The notes under the pieces: generated by a model | Databases searched by the model: none | Seen by the model: the letters and a program-made list of their open reading frames with translations, nothing else | Told to the model about the DNA's origin: nothing | Position numbers and translations under genes: made by a program | Part shown: positions 1 to 11,317 of the stretch, piece after piece | Layout of the letters: the number at the start of each line of letters is the position of its first letter | Position numbering within the stretch: position 1 is the first letter of the stretch | Assembly (NCBI GenBank): GCA_043750125.1 | Contig: JAYVCD010000059.1 | Location: 1-30,675 of the forward strand | Direction: 5' to 3' | Length of the DNA stretch: 30,675 nucleotides | DNA from: Archangiaceae bacterium | Lineage (GTDB): Bacteria > Myxococcota > Myxococcia > Myxococcales > Myxococcaceae

Positions 1-542
1 AGTGGATTGTTGATCTCGTGGGCGAGGCCTGCGGCAAGCGTACCGACGGTCGCCAACTTTTCGCGCTGAAGAGCCAGGGCATGCATCTGCTGGAGCTCAT
101 CGTTTGCGCGCTCGAGCTGCTGGGTCTTCGTTTGCAGCACCTGGGTCGCCCGTCGCAGTCGCAGCAGCGAGGCGACGCGGGCCAGCAGTTCCCGCTTGCG
201 TACCGGCTTGAAAAGGTAGTCGGCCACGCCCACTTCGAGTCCGCGCTCGCGATCCTCATGCGCCGTCTGGTTGGTGAGCATGATCACCGGTACGTCCGCG
301 GTCAGCGGGTTTCGGGCCAGCTGTTCGCACAGCTCGAGTCCATCCATCCCGCCCATCACCACATCCGAGATGACGAGATCGGGTCGAAATCCGTGGGAGG
401 CCTCCAGGGCGGCTTCTCCGCTGCTGACGAGCATGCAGATGTGAGGGGGTGACAGAAGGCTCTCTATGAAGAGCCGCAGTGTCGCCGAATCGTCGCAGAC
501 GAGGATTCTGGCGCCAGGTTCCACGAGCTTTTCACGCGTCAT
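1..542 (-). CDS. Hybrid response regulator receiver-histidine kinase (runs off the left window edge)
   Basis: Manual translation from ATG 542: MTREKLVEPGARILVCDDS...PDLVISDVVMGGMDG...VIMLT...DYLFKP (REC), then a coiled coil, then EKLATVGTLAAGLAHEINNP (H-box). Absent from the ORF track because it has no stop in the window. Confidence 0.93.
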   Translation of the reverse strand, partial: MTREKLVEPGARILVCDDSATLRLFIESLLSPPHICMLVSSGEAALEASHGFRPDLVISDVVMGGMDGLELCEQLARNPLTADVPVIMLTNQTAHEDRERGLEVGVADYLFKPVRKRELLARVASLLRLRRATQVLQTKTQQLERANDELQQMHALALQREKLATVGTLAAGLAHEINNP

Positions 543-594
543 CAGTACACCCGTTGGGTTCTGCGCTTCAAATTGCATTCCGCGCGTATTCACG

Positions 595-1143
595 TCAGAT
601 CACACGCAAATCCGCGAGTGAAAACTGACCCACCGGTCGATGGCGACCCCCCCGATTGACCCGGCTGGTCGGACCGGACACCCGGCGCGAGCAAGGTTGC
701 CGCGGTCGCCGAGCCAGCACGTCCATGCTGAAGCTCACGCCGTCGACCGCCGTTGGGGTGGTGTAGAAGTTCTCCCAGGTGGTCAGGGTTTTTACCAGGG
801 CGCCATCGAGGTACCAGCGGACGATGTCATTCGAGGGACCGGGGACGAAGTCGACCGACGCGCGCACCTCGTGCCAGGTACCGAACGTCACCCCTGTCGT
901 AATGATGGTGTTGGAAAACACCTCGGTCAGGCTGACCCCACCATTGAGGGTGCGAAGGCGGCACAACACCATACGCTTCGCGAAAGTGTCGGCGATACCG
1001 ATGGCGGCCTGACTCCCATCGTTGGTGGTTCCCACCGTGCGAAACCAGAAGCTGAGCTCGAGATGGTTGTCGGTCGGCCCGGCATGAACACCGCCGCCGG
1101 TGCTCGCATCAGGCTCGCCCAACGCCATGAAGCGGGGGCTCAT
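595..1143 (-). pseudogene. Probable remnant of a beta-sandwich (concanavalin/LamG-like) secreted protein
   Basis: Protein-like core (LELSFWFRTV...WHEVRASVDFVPGPSNDIVRWYLDGALV..TWENFY) with no signal peptide and a C-terminus that degenerates into Arg/Pro-rich noise. Confidence 0.4.
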
Positions 1144-1149
1144 GACTAG

Positions 1150-2084
1150 TTTGCTGGGCTGCCCTCGAACCCCACCATCGCTGAGTCGATGATTGCGCCC
1201 ATCGGGTTCCGTCGAGAGATTCTCGGCACCCTCAGCATCAACGCGGCGGCGCCCAACCGGCTTGGACCCGAGAAGCTCGCCCTCGTCGTGAGCGCGGCGG
1301 ACATCGCGGGGCAGCCATTCACCGCAGCCGACTGGAACACGCTCGCGAGCACCAAGACCGACTGGCAGTTCTCGGGGATGCTGGACGAGTCCTCCAGGTG
1401 GCCATCAACTTGCTGGTGAATGCCGCTCAGGCTGTCCAGAAGGATGGGCACGTCGTGCTTCGCAGCAGGGCTGAAGGCGACTGGGCCGTTGTCGAGGTCG
1501 AGGACAATGGGCCGGGCATTCCGCCCGAAGTCGCAGCGCAACTCTTCGAGCCGTTCTTCACCACCAAGCCAGAGGGCGAGGGCACGGGGCTCGGGTTGAG
1601 CATCAGTCGACAAATCGCCATCGAGCACGGCGGCGAGCTCACCTTTACCTCCGAGATTGGAAAAGGAACGTGCTTCCGTCTGCGGCTGCCTGCCAGGGAA
1701 AAGGGCGAGGTGCTGACGAAGCGACCGCGGGTGCTTGTCGTAGACGACGAGCCCGCGCTCCTTCGAGCGATGGCGCGGGTGCTGAAGAAAGACTTCGAAG
1801 TGCTCTCCGCTTCGACGGCGGCAGAAGCGTTGCGCCTGGCTTCAGGGAAGAAGCTTGACCTCATCCTGACCGACTATTCGATGCCGTTGCAGGACGGCAT
1901 GTCCCTGATTCGCGCGCTGCGTGCTCAGGGGCACGATGCGCCCGCGGCTCTTGTGACCGCCGCCATCGAGAATGCCGCCATCACGCAGTCCGTGAAGGAG
2001 CGCATGGTGTCCCTCGTCGTCCGCAAGCCGTGGAACCCGTCGGCGCTGGTGTCCGAGGCATTACGGCTGATTCGAAACGATTGA
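1150..2084 (+). pseudogene. Degraded GAF-histidine kinase-REC hybrid (5'-truncated, frameshifted, lacking HisKA); HATPase-REC ORF remains at 1398-2084
   Basis: GAF-like tail SMIAPIGFRREILGTLSINA...DIAGQ, frame change near 1315 to AIHRSRLEHAREHQDRLAVLG, joined directly to DAGRVLQVAINLLVNAAQA, DNGPGI, FFTTK, GTGLGL and an intact REC (VVDDE, TDYSMP, RKPW). Confidence 0.75.
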
Positions 2085-2190
2085 GGAACAAGTCCCAATT
2101 CCAGTTGGAGCATCGGTGCCGGTCACCCTCGATTCCAGCGCTTGTCTCTGGGCTGCGCCATGAAGGGAGTCCTGGCCATGGCCATCGTCC

Positions 2191-2217
2191 CGCCGTCCGA
2201 CCGGCCATTCAGCGCCG
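2191..2217. repeat. Dispersed 27-bp motif, inverted copy of 27046-27072
   Basis: CGCCGTCCGACCGGCCATTCAGCGCCG; its reverse complement matches 27046-27072 at 26/27. Confidence 0.7.
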
Positions 2218-2296
2218 CGGAACAAGCTCTCGTAGGGGCCGCGATTCCCCTTGGTGACGATCCCCACCGTGAGATCCCGTTCGGGGTCGGCGGGTT

Positions 2297-3157
2297 CTAC
2301 AACCCGCGGGCTTTGAGCTCTTCGAGGATTCTGGCGTAGAGCGAGGGTGCATCGAACCCTTTGTTCCACCCAATCTGGGCCCAATGGTCCGCTTCGACCT
2401 CGGCCACCACTTCCCCCCAGCGCTGAGAGGAGAACGGGACGATTCCGTCGTTCTCCCCCGAGTGGCGCCGCAGCAGTCGGTGCACCGGAAGCAGCAGGGG
2501 GTGAAGGCCGGTGTCCGCGCGGGCCAACAGACAGCTGTACCAGACGCCTCGGACGTCGGGCACCTGCTGGTTGAAGAGCGCCATCTGCTGGGTGGTCAGC
2601 CCGTAAAAAACGCTGAGGTTCATTCCCAGCGCCTCGAGCACGCGGCGCATGCTCAGCCGGTCTCCCACCCGGGTGCCGAAATCTGCCAGGGGAGTGCCGC
2701 GGTGCGGAGTGCCGATGGTGACCAGCGAGGCAATCTTCGGAGCCAGCTTCAGCTTCGCGATCGCGTAGCGGGCGTCCAGACCCCCCAGGCTGTGGGCGAT
2801 GAGATTGACCTTCTTCGCGTCCACCGCGTGGATCGCGTCGGCCAACTGTTGGGCCCGCACCTCGACCGGCGCGAACGCAGAGACCTTGACCACCCGGACA
2901 TCGGCCCCCAGGTCCTCGAGCCGGTCGCGGACGCCCCGGAAATACTCGCGCCGCTGGCCGGCGAAGGCGATTTCGTCGAAGCCCATCAACCCATGAACCA
3001 GCACCACCGGGTGTCGGACCCTCGGCGCGGGTCGCCGAAGCCGCCGGCCGGGGGAAAGGCGCGCCCAGCGCAGCAGGAACGCGAGCAGTCCGCCCCACAG
3101 CGCGGAGAAGGCGACGACGCCGAAAATTGCCAGGCGCAAATCAGGGGACGAAGCCAA
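2297..3157 (-). CDS. Triacylglycerol lipase/esterase, alpha/beta hydrolase with N-terminal membrane anchor
   Basis: VVLVHGL oxyanion region, AHSLGG nucleophile elbow, GTPHRGT, NDGIV (Asp), ADH (His). Hydrophobic N-terminus. Start uncertain (TTG 3157 or 3139). Confidence 0.9.
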   Translation of the reverse strand: MASSPDLRLAIFGVVAFSALWGGLLAFLLRWARLSPGRRLRRPAPRVRHPVVLVHGLMGFDEIAFAGQRREYFRGVRDRLEDLGADVRVVKVSAFAPVEVRAQQLADAIHAVDAKKVNLIAHSLGGLDARYAIAKLKLAPKIASLVTIGTPHRGTPLADFGTRVGDRLSMRRVLEALGMNLSVFYGLTTQQMALFNQQVPDVRGVWYSCLLARADTGLHPLLLPVHRLLRRHSGENDGIVPFSSQRWGEVVAEVEADHWAQIGWNKGFDAPSLYARILEELKARGL

Positions 3158-4496
3158 ACGACGCGCCGATGCCGAAGGTGAAGGTCGGAGCGGTCGCTCC
3201 CGCGGTCGGCCGGACCAGCAGCTCGATCCGTTTGACCCGCCGCAAATCGGCCCCGGAACCCACCCCGAGCAGCCAATCGGTGCTGCCCGCCAACGGCATC
3301 AACACATCGAAGTTCCCGCCGGCAGTATTGAGCAAAGAGCTCGTGCCGCCATCGGTGACGACGTGGACGTAGCGGTTGAAGCCGGTCTCGGCACAGACGA
3401 AGACCACCGGTTGGCTCGAGGGCTGCCACGCCGGGCTCGACGGGCTGACCATCGTCCAGGACATCGCCAGCCGCAGCTTCAGGCCGGGGCGGGTCAGGTC
3501 CCAGACTCCGGAAGAGGGCTCGAAGATGAGGATGTGGTCCGAGCCGCCCGAGCCCGTCCAGCTGGGAGGAGCCCAGGTCTCGTTGGTCGCTCCGGCGAGG
3601 TCCTTGTGACAGCCGGCGGTCAGCTCGGTCACGCTCAGCGAGCGGTTCATGTCCTGCGCGCGCCCCACCACCGGGCCGGTTCGCACCGAGACCGGCCCTC
3701 CACACTCGGGCTGCTCGTCGACGATTCCATTGCAGTTGTTGTCGAGCCCGTCGCAGATTTCAGGCTTGGGGAGGTTCTTGCTCTGGCAGACCTTCTGTCC
3801 CAGCACGCAGTTGATCATTCCCGCGTTGCATTCGCCCTTTCCCGCATCGAGGCAGTCGCCCCCCACGTCGATCGCGTTCTCGTCGGTGGTTCCGTTGCAG
3901 TTGTCGTCGATGTTGTTGCAGAGCTCAGGCGCTCCCGGGTGAATGGTGAACACCGCGGGTTTGCAGTCGTTGTTGCTCTCGACATAGCCCTTGGGCGCGG
4001 CGCAGGCGGTCACGGTCACCGCCGGGTCCCCGTACCCATCGCCGTCCTCATCGCGGTAGTACGTTTTGATCGGCATCAGCCCGTCGTCGATGGTCCCATC
4101 GCAGTTGTTATCCAGCCCGTCGCACTTCTCGGTGCCCCTGGGGTTGGCCTCGGCGCTGGTGTCGTCGCAGTCGAGCGCGTTGTCGACGAACGGCTCGACC
4201 ACCGGCTTGCTGCACAACAGCCGTCCGGCCTTGGCGTTGCCGTAGCCGTCGCCATCGAGGTCTTCGAAGTACATCTTGGGAACCGCGCCGCCCGCGCAGA
4301 CGCCGCCATCGAGGACCAGCGTTCGACAGGCCGGCTCACCGAACGGCTTGCAGCACAGCCCGTCGTCGCAGACCAGGCCGGTGGGGCAGCTGCCCATGTT
4401 GCACTGGTAGGGGCCGATGAACGGCCACGCCTGGTAGCAGCTGATCGCGGTGGCGGCGGTGAGGAAGGCTACCAGCGCGCGCGTTCGAAGGCTCAT
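3141..4496 (-). CDS. Cys/Asp-rich putative lipoprotein with MopE-related putative metal-binding repeats
   Basis: ATG 4496 overlaps the upstream stop (ATGA). Signal ends TAISC. Repeats DxDGDGYG...DC...E.CDGLDNNCDG.IDD (two full, one partial). Confidence 0.85.
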   Translation of the reverse strand: MSLRTRALVAFLTAATAISCYQAWPFIGPYQCNMGSCPTGLVCDDGLCCKPFGEPACRTLVLDGGVCAGGAVPKMYFEDLDGDGYGNAKAGRLLCSKPVVEPFVDNALDCDDTSAEANPRGTEKCDGLDNNCDGTIDDGLMPIKTYYRDEDGDGYGDPAVTVTACAAPKGYVESNNDCKPAVFTIHPGAPELCNNIDDNCNGTTDENAIDVGGDCLDAGKGECNAGMINCVLGQKVCQSKNLPKPEICDGLDNNCNGIVDEQPECGGPVSVRTGPVVGRAQDMNRSLSVTELTAGCHKDLAGATNETWAPPSWTGSGGSDHILIFEPSSGVWDLTRPGLKLRLAMSWTMVSPSSPAWQPSSQPVVFVCAETGFNRYVHVVTDGGTSSLLNTAGGNFDVLMPLAGSTDWLLGVGSGADLRRVKRIELLVRPTAGATAPTFTFGIGASFGFVP

Positions 4497-5445
4497 GGCC
4501 GACTCTTGATCAAATCGAACACAAAGACCCCGGCCCCGGCGGTCGCCAGCACCGCTCCGGTTCCCAACAGAACATTGCCCGTGCTGGCATAGGCCTGCGC
4601 CTGGCGGTGCCGCTCGGTGGCGACATCGAACGTCGAGCAGCCCCGCCCGTCCCCGCTGCAGCTGTTCTGACCGGCGCCCGCCTGCCGCGACAGCGACCCG
4701 GCCACCAGGCTTCCGGCGATCGCCACCGCCCCTGCGGCCCAGAGGCCGAAGCTGACCGCGCGAAGCACTGGGTTTCCCTCGACCGACGCGGCAATCACCG
4801 TCGGCGGCGCAGTCGCGTCGACGCGGGTCCGGCTGCCCTCGGGAACTTCGACCCGCTGCAGCACCGCGTTCCCGTCGGGGTAGAGGACATCGAGCTGGTG
4901 GGTTCCAGCGGGAACGCTGAGCAGCAATCCTTCCGTCTTCGCCATCGCCCGACCATCGAGCTTCACCACCGCGCCTTTTTGAGCGTCGAGGCGAAGGCCG
5001 CCCCACCCCCGCTTGGCCCACGCCGGCAACACCGCGTCGAGCGCGCTCTTCAGCCCGGGCTCGGGGGCCTCGAGCTCGGCGTCGCCCAACTCGATTCCCA
5101 ACCGCTCGCCCTCGAGCCAGAACGAGACATCGAACGCGACGCCTCCTTTGGAAGAGCGCAGCGACAGCAGCGCGACCGCCGGAGTCCCGGCTCCCGCCAC
5201 CACCAGACGTTGGCAGGCGAGGTCGGCGCAGCTGCGGCGGGGGCCGGGCTTGAAGGCGGGCCCTTCCCCGACCGGAAGGCCGGACAATTTCTTGAGCAGG
5301 GCTTCGACCGAGCGCTGAATCTTGCGGACGACCGGGTCGGGGACGCCCTGCGCTTCGAGCACCTGGGCGACGAGCACCGGGTGACGCGCCTGGGCCTGCG
5401 CCGCGGGCGTGAGCACAGCGAGCAGCAACCAGAGGCACCGACTTC

Positions 5446-5449
<4 letters not shown>
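4493..5449 (-). CDS. PEGA domain-containing exported/membrane protein
   Basis: Signal peptide ending AAQA; PEGA-like GAVVKLDG...VPAGTHQLDV; two C-terminal Gly-rich hydrophobic helices. TTG 5449 overlaps the kinase stop (alternative start 5464). Confidence 0.8.
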
Positions 5450-7717
<2,268 letters not shown>

Positions 7718-7827
7718 CGCGCCGAGTCGGCTGCCGAAAGTCTTCGACAGACATCGTCGTTCTCGCAGCTCTATCTGAAGCAGCGCTTGGGCAAAGAGTA
7801 GCGGTCGACGGAGAGGAAGGACGAATG

Positions 7828-8244
7828 TTACCGATGAATCGGCCAACTGCAACACCCGCCGGCGCCTTCACGCACACCCTGGTCCCATCGGTCGCGATGA
7901 CGACTGCCGTCGTCTGACCTACCTGGCGGTCTTCGAGCTCTGAGCCGGCTTCCAGCAGGACGCGCTTCCAGAGAACGACGTCGAGGAGAGGCCGGCCGAT
8001 GTCGACGGCGCGTTTCGCGTGCTCGACAATCAAGGTGGCCGCTGTTCCCCGGCCACCGCGGCATCGAGCCGAGCACGGCCGCCATCGCCAGGCCGAAGCC
8101 TCCGTACACCGCGCGAACTTCAGAGCGCATCGGGGCGGTGTCTGCCGAGCCCCCGAAAACCTTCAGCAGGCGCGCGGGGAAGAACAGGCCGATCACGCCC
8201 ATTCCGAGGAAGAACAGCGTCGCCAGGCTCCGGGTGAACAGCAT
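7828..8244 (-). pseudogene. DUF4345-like membrane protein, apparently 3'-truncated
   Basis: First ~60 aa fit the family (TM helix, SEVRAVYGGFGLAMA). After ~8070 the frame is hydrophilic Arg-rich and the later TM helices are not found in other frames. Confidence 0.6.
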
Positions 8245-8247
8245 CGG

Positions 8248-8856
8248 TTACGCCCCGGTCAGGCCGTCGAAGAGGTGCCGCAAGAAGCGGTCGACCCGAA
8301 TCTGTTCGGCCCGGGGGTCCTTCGCGCTGCCGATCGCCAGGCTCCCTTCGACCACCGCGGCGAACATTATCTTCGCCATCAACTCCGCGCCCACGCTCTT
8401 GAGCAGCTTCGGGCTGGTGGAGACCTCGAGCATCGCAGTCAGCATCCCCAGCCCGTAGCGAAGGTCGATTTCGCGGCAGGTGGTGCCCCCGAGCACGGAC
8501 GGCCCGTCCTGGAGCAGAATGTGGAGCACGTCGGGTTCGGCGGTCTGCTCGAGAAATGCAGAGATCGCCCGGTCGATTCGCCCTTTCGGGTTGAGCCCGG
8601 CCCGCTCGGCGACGCGCTCGGCCACCGCCTTCGCCATCAGCTCGTAGACCGCGATGAACAGCTGCTTCTTGTCTTTGAAGTGATGGTAGACGGCGCCCTT
8701 GGTGGCCTTCGCCGCGACCGCCACGTCGTCGAGTGACGTCCCGTTGTACCCGTGGACCCCGAACAGCTTGAGCGCCTCGTCCACCAGCGTGCGCCGCGTG
8801 GCTTCGGCGTGCTGGTCGCGCAGCGTCGACGGCGCGATGGGTTGCGGCCTTCGCAT
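8248..8856 (-). CDS. TetR/AcrR family transcriptional regulator
   Basis: TRRTLVDEALKLFGVHGYNGTSLDDVAVAAKATKGAVYHHFKDKKQLF HTH. Start ATG 8856 (alternatives 8862, 8874). Confidence 0.95.
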   Translation of the reverse strand: MRRPQPIAPSTLRDQHAEATRRTLVDEALKLFGVHGYNGTSLDDVAVAAKATKGAVYHHFKDKKQLFIAVYELMAKAVAERVAERAGLNPKGRIDRAISAFLEQTAEPDVLHILLQDGPSVLGGTTCREIDLRYGLGMLTAMLEVSTSPKLLKSVGAELMAKIMFAAVVEGSLAIGSAKDPRAEQIRVDRFLRHLFDGLTGA

Positions 8857-8868
8857 ACTCATAGTATG
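8854..8868. promoter_or_regulatory. Candidate TetR operator palindrome
   Basis: CATACT-CAT-AGTATG perfect 6-3-6 inverted repeat in an AT-rich gap between divergent tetR and coq4-like starts. Confidence 0.7.
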
Positions 8869-8877
8869 TAACATTCC

Positions 8878-9582
8878 ATGGGCATCCGAAGCGAGATTGT
8901 AGAGAGCCGAGGCGTCGTTTACACCGAAGCCCCGCGGGGGCGGGGCACGTTCATCAGCACGATGCGGGCGGCGTTCGCCTTTCTTCGGGTGGTGTTTCGG
9001 CCCGATCGGCTGCAGTACGTCATCGATTTCGTCGACGCGATGACGTCGCTGCCGGTGGTGAGCCGGCCGCTGGTCGAAGAGCTGAAGAGGTCCGAGCACG
9101 GCCGGCGCGCGCTGCGCGAGAAGATCCGCGTGCGGCTGTCCCTCGAACCGCTGCTGCAGCTTCCGCCCGAAACATTGGGCCGCCGCTTCGCCGAGCACCT
9201 GCAGAGCCATGGGCTTGATCCGGCCGCGCTCCCCGCCCGCAGCGCCCAGACCGACGACGCCTACCTGGCCGCGCACCTGTACGAGACCCACGACATCTGG
9301 CACGTGGTGACGGGGTTCAAGACCGACAAGCCCGGCGAGCTGGGACTGCAGGCCTTCTACGCCGCGCAGCTTCCCAGTCGGGTCGCGGTGGGGATCCTGG
9401 CGATTGGAATGGTCCAGACCCTGTTCCAGGGTTTTTCCGAGCGCAGCGAACGGCTCGAGCAAATTTCCCGCGGGGCGCGAATGGGGAAGGCGGCCGTTCC
9501 GTTGGCGGGCGTCGACTGGCAGTCGCTGTGGACCACGCCTTTGCTCGAAGTTCAGCAGCAGCTGAAGATTCAGCTCGCCTGA
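8878..9582 (+). CDS. Coq4 family protein
   Basis: LPPETLGRRF...HLYETHDIWHVVTGFKTDKPGELGLQAF, carrying the HDxxH-x11-E metal motif. Alternative start 8962. Confidence 0.88.
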   Translation: MGIRSEIVESRGVVYTEAPRGRGTFISTMRAAFAFLRVVFRPDRLQYVIDFVDAMTSLPVVSRPLVEELKRSEHGRRALREKIRVRLSLEPLLQLPPETLGRRFAEHLQSHGLDPAALPARSAQTDDAYLAAHLYETHDIWHVVTGFKTDKPGELGLQAFYAAQLPSRVAVGILAIGMVQTLFQGFSERSERLEQISRGARMGKAAVPLAGVDWQSLWTTPLLEVQQQLKIQLA

Positions 9583-9643
9583 GGGGGCGAAGGCGTGCGC
9601 CGAGTTTTGGTTCTCCCGGCCGGACGTGTATGAAAGTGCGCCG

Positions 9644-11317
9644 ATGCGTCTACTTCGATTCGCGCTGGTGGGAATGCTGGCCGGGTGCGGACCTAAGAGT
9701 CCAACCCACCAGGACACCACTGCCCCCGACTCTCCGACCCAACAGGCCTACGAGACGGTCAGTGGGGGCGCGATTTCGGTCCGCTGGCACAACCCCAAAG
9801 ACCCCGACTTCGCCGGCACCCTGCTGGCCCGCATCCTCACCGGCAACGGGGCGCCTCAGAGCGCTGCTCCCAGGCGGGGGTCCACCCCGAAAGCCGGAGA
9901 CGCGTTCGGCAGCTCGGCGGGCTTCGGGGCAGGAGTGGTGCTCTACGTCGGCAAGGCGGCCACGTTCCTCGACGTAGAGACGCCCGACCCGTGCACCGCG
10001 TACGTGTACCAACTGTTCTCGAGGGACACGGTCGGAAACTGGAGCGTGGGCGCCGCACAGGTCGATGTGGATCCCGGCGCGACCAGCACCGCTCCTCGGG
10101 CCGTGCCGACCGCGCTGACTGCCGCCGGCGTCGACGGGGACGTGCAGCTGGCCTGGACCAACCCTGCGATCGGCTCGGGCTTCACCCAGGTTCGGGTGGT
10201 GCGAAAGGAAGGTTCTTCGCCCCGCACCTCGACCGACGGGGCGGCGATCTTCAGCGGCGCCGGATCTTCGGCCGCCGAGCCCCTGGCCGCTTTGGGATTT
10301 GGCTCGTGGACCTACGGGGTGTTCGCCTGCAACGCCTGCGGAGTCTGCAACCCAACGCCTGCGACGGTGATCTTCAGCCACCTGGCCGTCGTCGATGGCG
10401 GCACCGATGGCGGAGGCGGAGGCGGAGGCGGAGGCGGCGGCGGCGGCAGCGACGGCGGCACGCTGCTTCCGACCCAACTGACTCAGCACCTTTCGGGAGA
10501 CGGAAAGAGCGTGCTGATGTCGTGGACCCAGCCGCCCGAAGTGACGGACGTGAAGGTGCTGCGCACGCTGAACGGGGTGGCGATCGGCCCGGGTGATTCG
10601 AATGCAGTGGTGGTCTTTCAAGGCAGCGGCACCAACGCCAGCGAGCGGGTCGAGAAGCTGCTCCCGTCCACTTCGCTTTCCCCAGCCGTCTGGCACTACC
10701 GGGTCTACGGCTGCAGAAATTCGTCCTGCGAGACGACCGGCGCCGAGACCACGCTTTCCCTCACCGTGGGCCAAGCGCTCAAAGGCGGCGGCTACACCCT
10801 GTTCTGGCGCCACGCGACGGCGAACGTCTGTGGAGACCAGACCCAGCTGGGCCCGGCGGACTCCACCACTTCGCCCAACTGGTGGAAGTCCTGCGACAAG
10901 AACTGCAACACCGCGTTCGCAAGGCAGGTCGACAGCGTCGATGCCCCGAACGAGGAATTCGCGATTCACACCGCGTTCACCACTCGGGGTTTCCCGGTGG
11001 GCCGGGTGATCTCGAGCGAATTTTGCCGCGCGATCGAGACCGCGCAGGGCTTCAACTTCGGACCTCAAATCGAGCTGAGCCAGGCGCTGACGTATTTCGT
11101 CTACGACGAGGGACAGCGGTGCCCGAGCACGATGACGTTGCTCAATCAGGCTCCGAGCTCAGGCACCAACACCGCGCTGGTCAGCCACGCGGGCTTCACC
11201 TGCCCGATCATCGATTCCCTCGCGTGGGGCGAAGTGGCGATCTACAAGCCGATGGGGACTGTGGCTGCGCGCTACATCGGGCGGGTGGCGTGGAACGGGT
11301 GGGTCGCGCTGCCTTGA
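9644..11317 (+). CDS. Lipoprotein with three Fn3-like repeats and a C-terminal histidine phosphatase domain
   Basis: Lipobox LAGC; three units of the form (V/L)xW.xP...V.V.R...(Y/F)xG...YxY.(L/V)(F/Y); C-terminal FWRHAT, SSEFCRAIETA, LVSH. Confidence 0.82.
   Translation: MRLLRFALVGMLAGCGPKSPTHQDTTAPDSPTQQAYETVSGGAISVRWHNPKDPDFAGTLLARILTGNGAPQSAAPRRGSTPKAGDAFGSSAGFGAGVVLYVGKAATFLDVETPDPCTAYVYQLFSRDTVGNWSVGAAQVDVDPGATSTAPRAVPTALTAAGVDGDVQLAWTNPAIGSGFTQVRVVRKEGSSPRTSTDGAAIFSGAGSSAAEPLAALGFGSWTYGVFACNACGVCNPTPATVIFSHLAVVDGGTDGGGGGGGGGGGGGSDGGTLLPTQLTQHLSGDGKSVLMSWTQPPEVTDVKVLRTLNGVAIGPGDSNAVVVFQGSGTNASERVEKLLPSTSLSPAVWHYRVYGCRNSSCETTGAETTLSLTVGQALKGGGYTLFWRHATANVCGDQTQLGPADSTTSPNWWKSCDKNCNTAFARQVDSVDAPNEEFAIHTAFTTRGFPVGRVISSEFCRAIETAQGFNFGPQIELSQALTYFVYDEGQRCPSTMTLLNQAPSSGTNTALVSHAGFTCPIIDSLAWGEVAIYKPMGTVAARYIGRVAWNGWVALP
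10409..10447 (+). repeat. (GGC/GGA) microsatellite encoding a 13-Gly linker
   Basis: GGCGGA repeats followed by a GGC run, in frame. Confidence 0.9.

Noticed and set aside
18..452. 144-aa plus-strand ORF
   Set aside because: Antisense shadow of the minus-strand REC-kinase.
2142..2339. 65-aa ORF with a GAF-like RPFSAAEQALV phrase
   Set aside because: The phrase coincides with the dispersed 27-bp repeat and the ORF overlaps the lipase end; no other support.
3141..5438. 765-aa ORF as a single protein
   Set aside because: The first ~314 aa are Arg-rich off-frame read of the PEGA gene; the real start is 4496.
8857..9720. 490-aa TetR fusion
   Set aside because: The extension is antisense to the Coq4-like gene.
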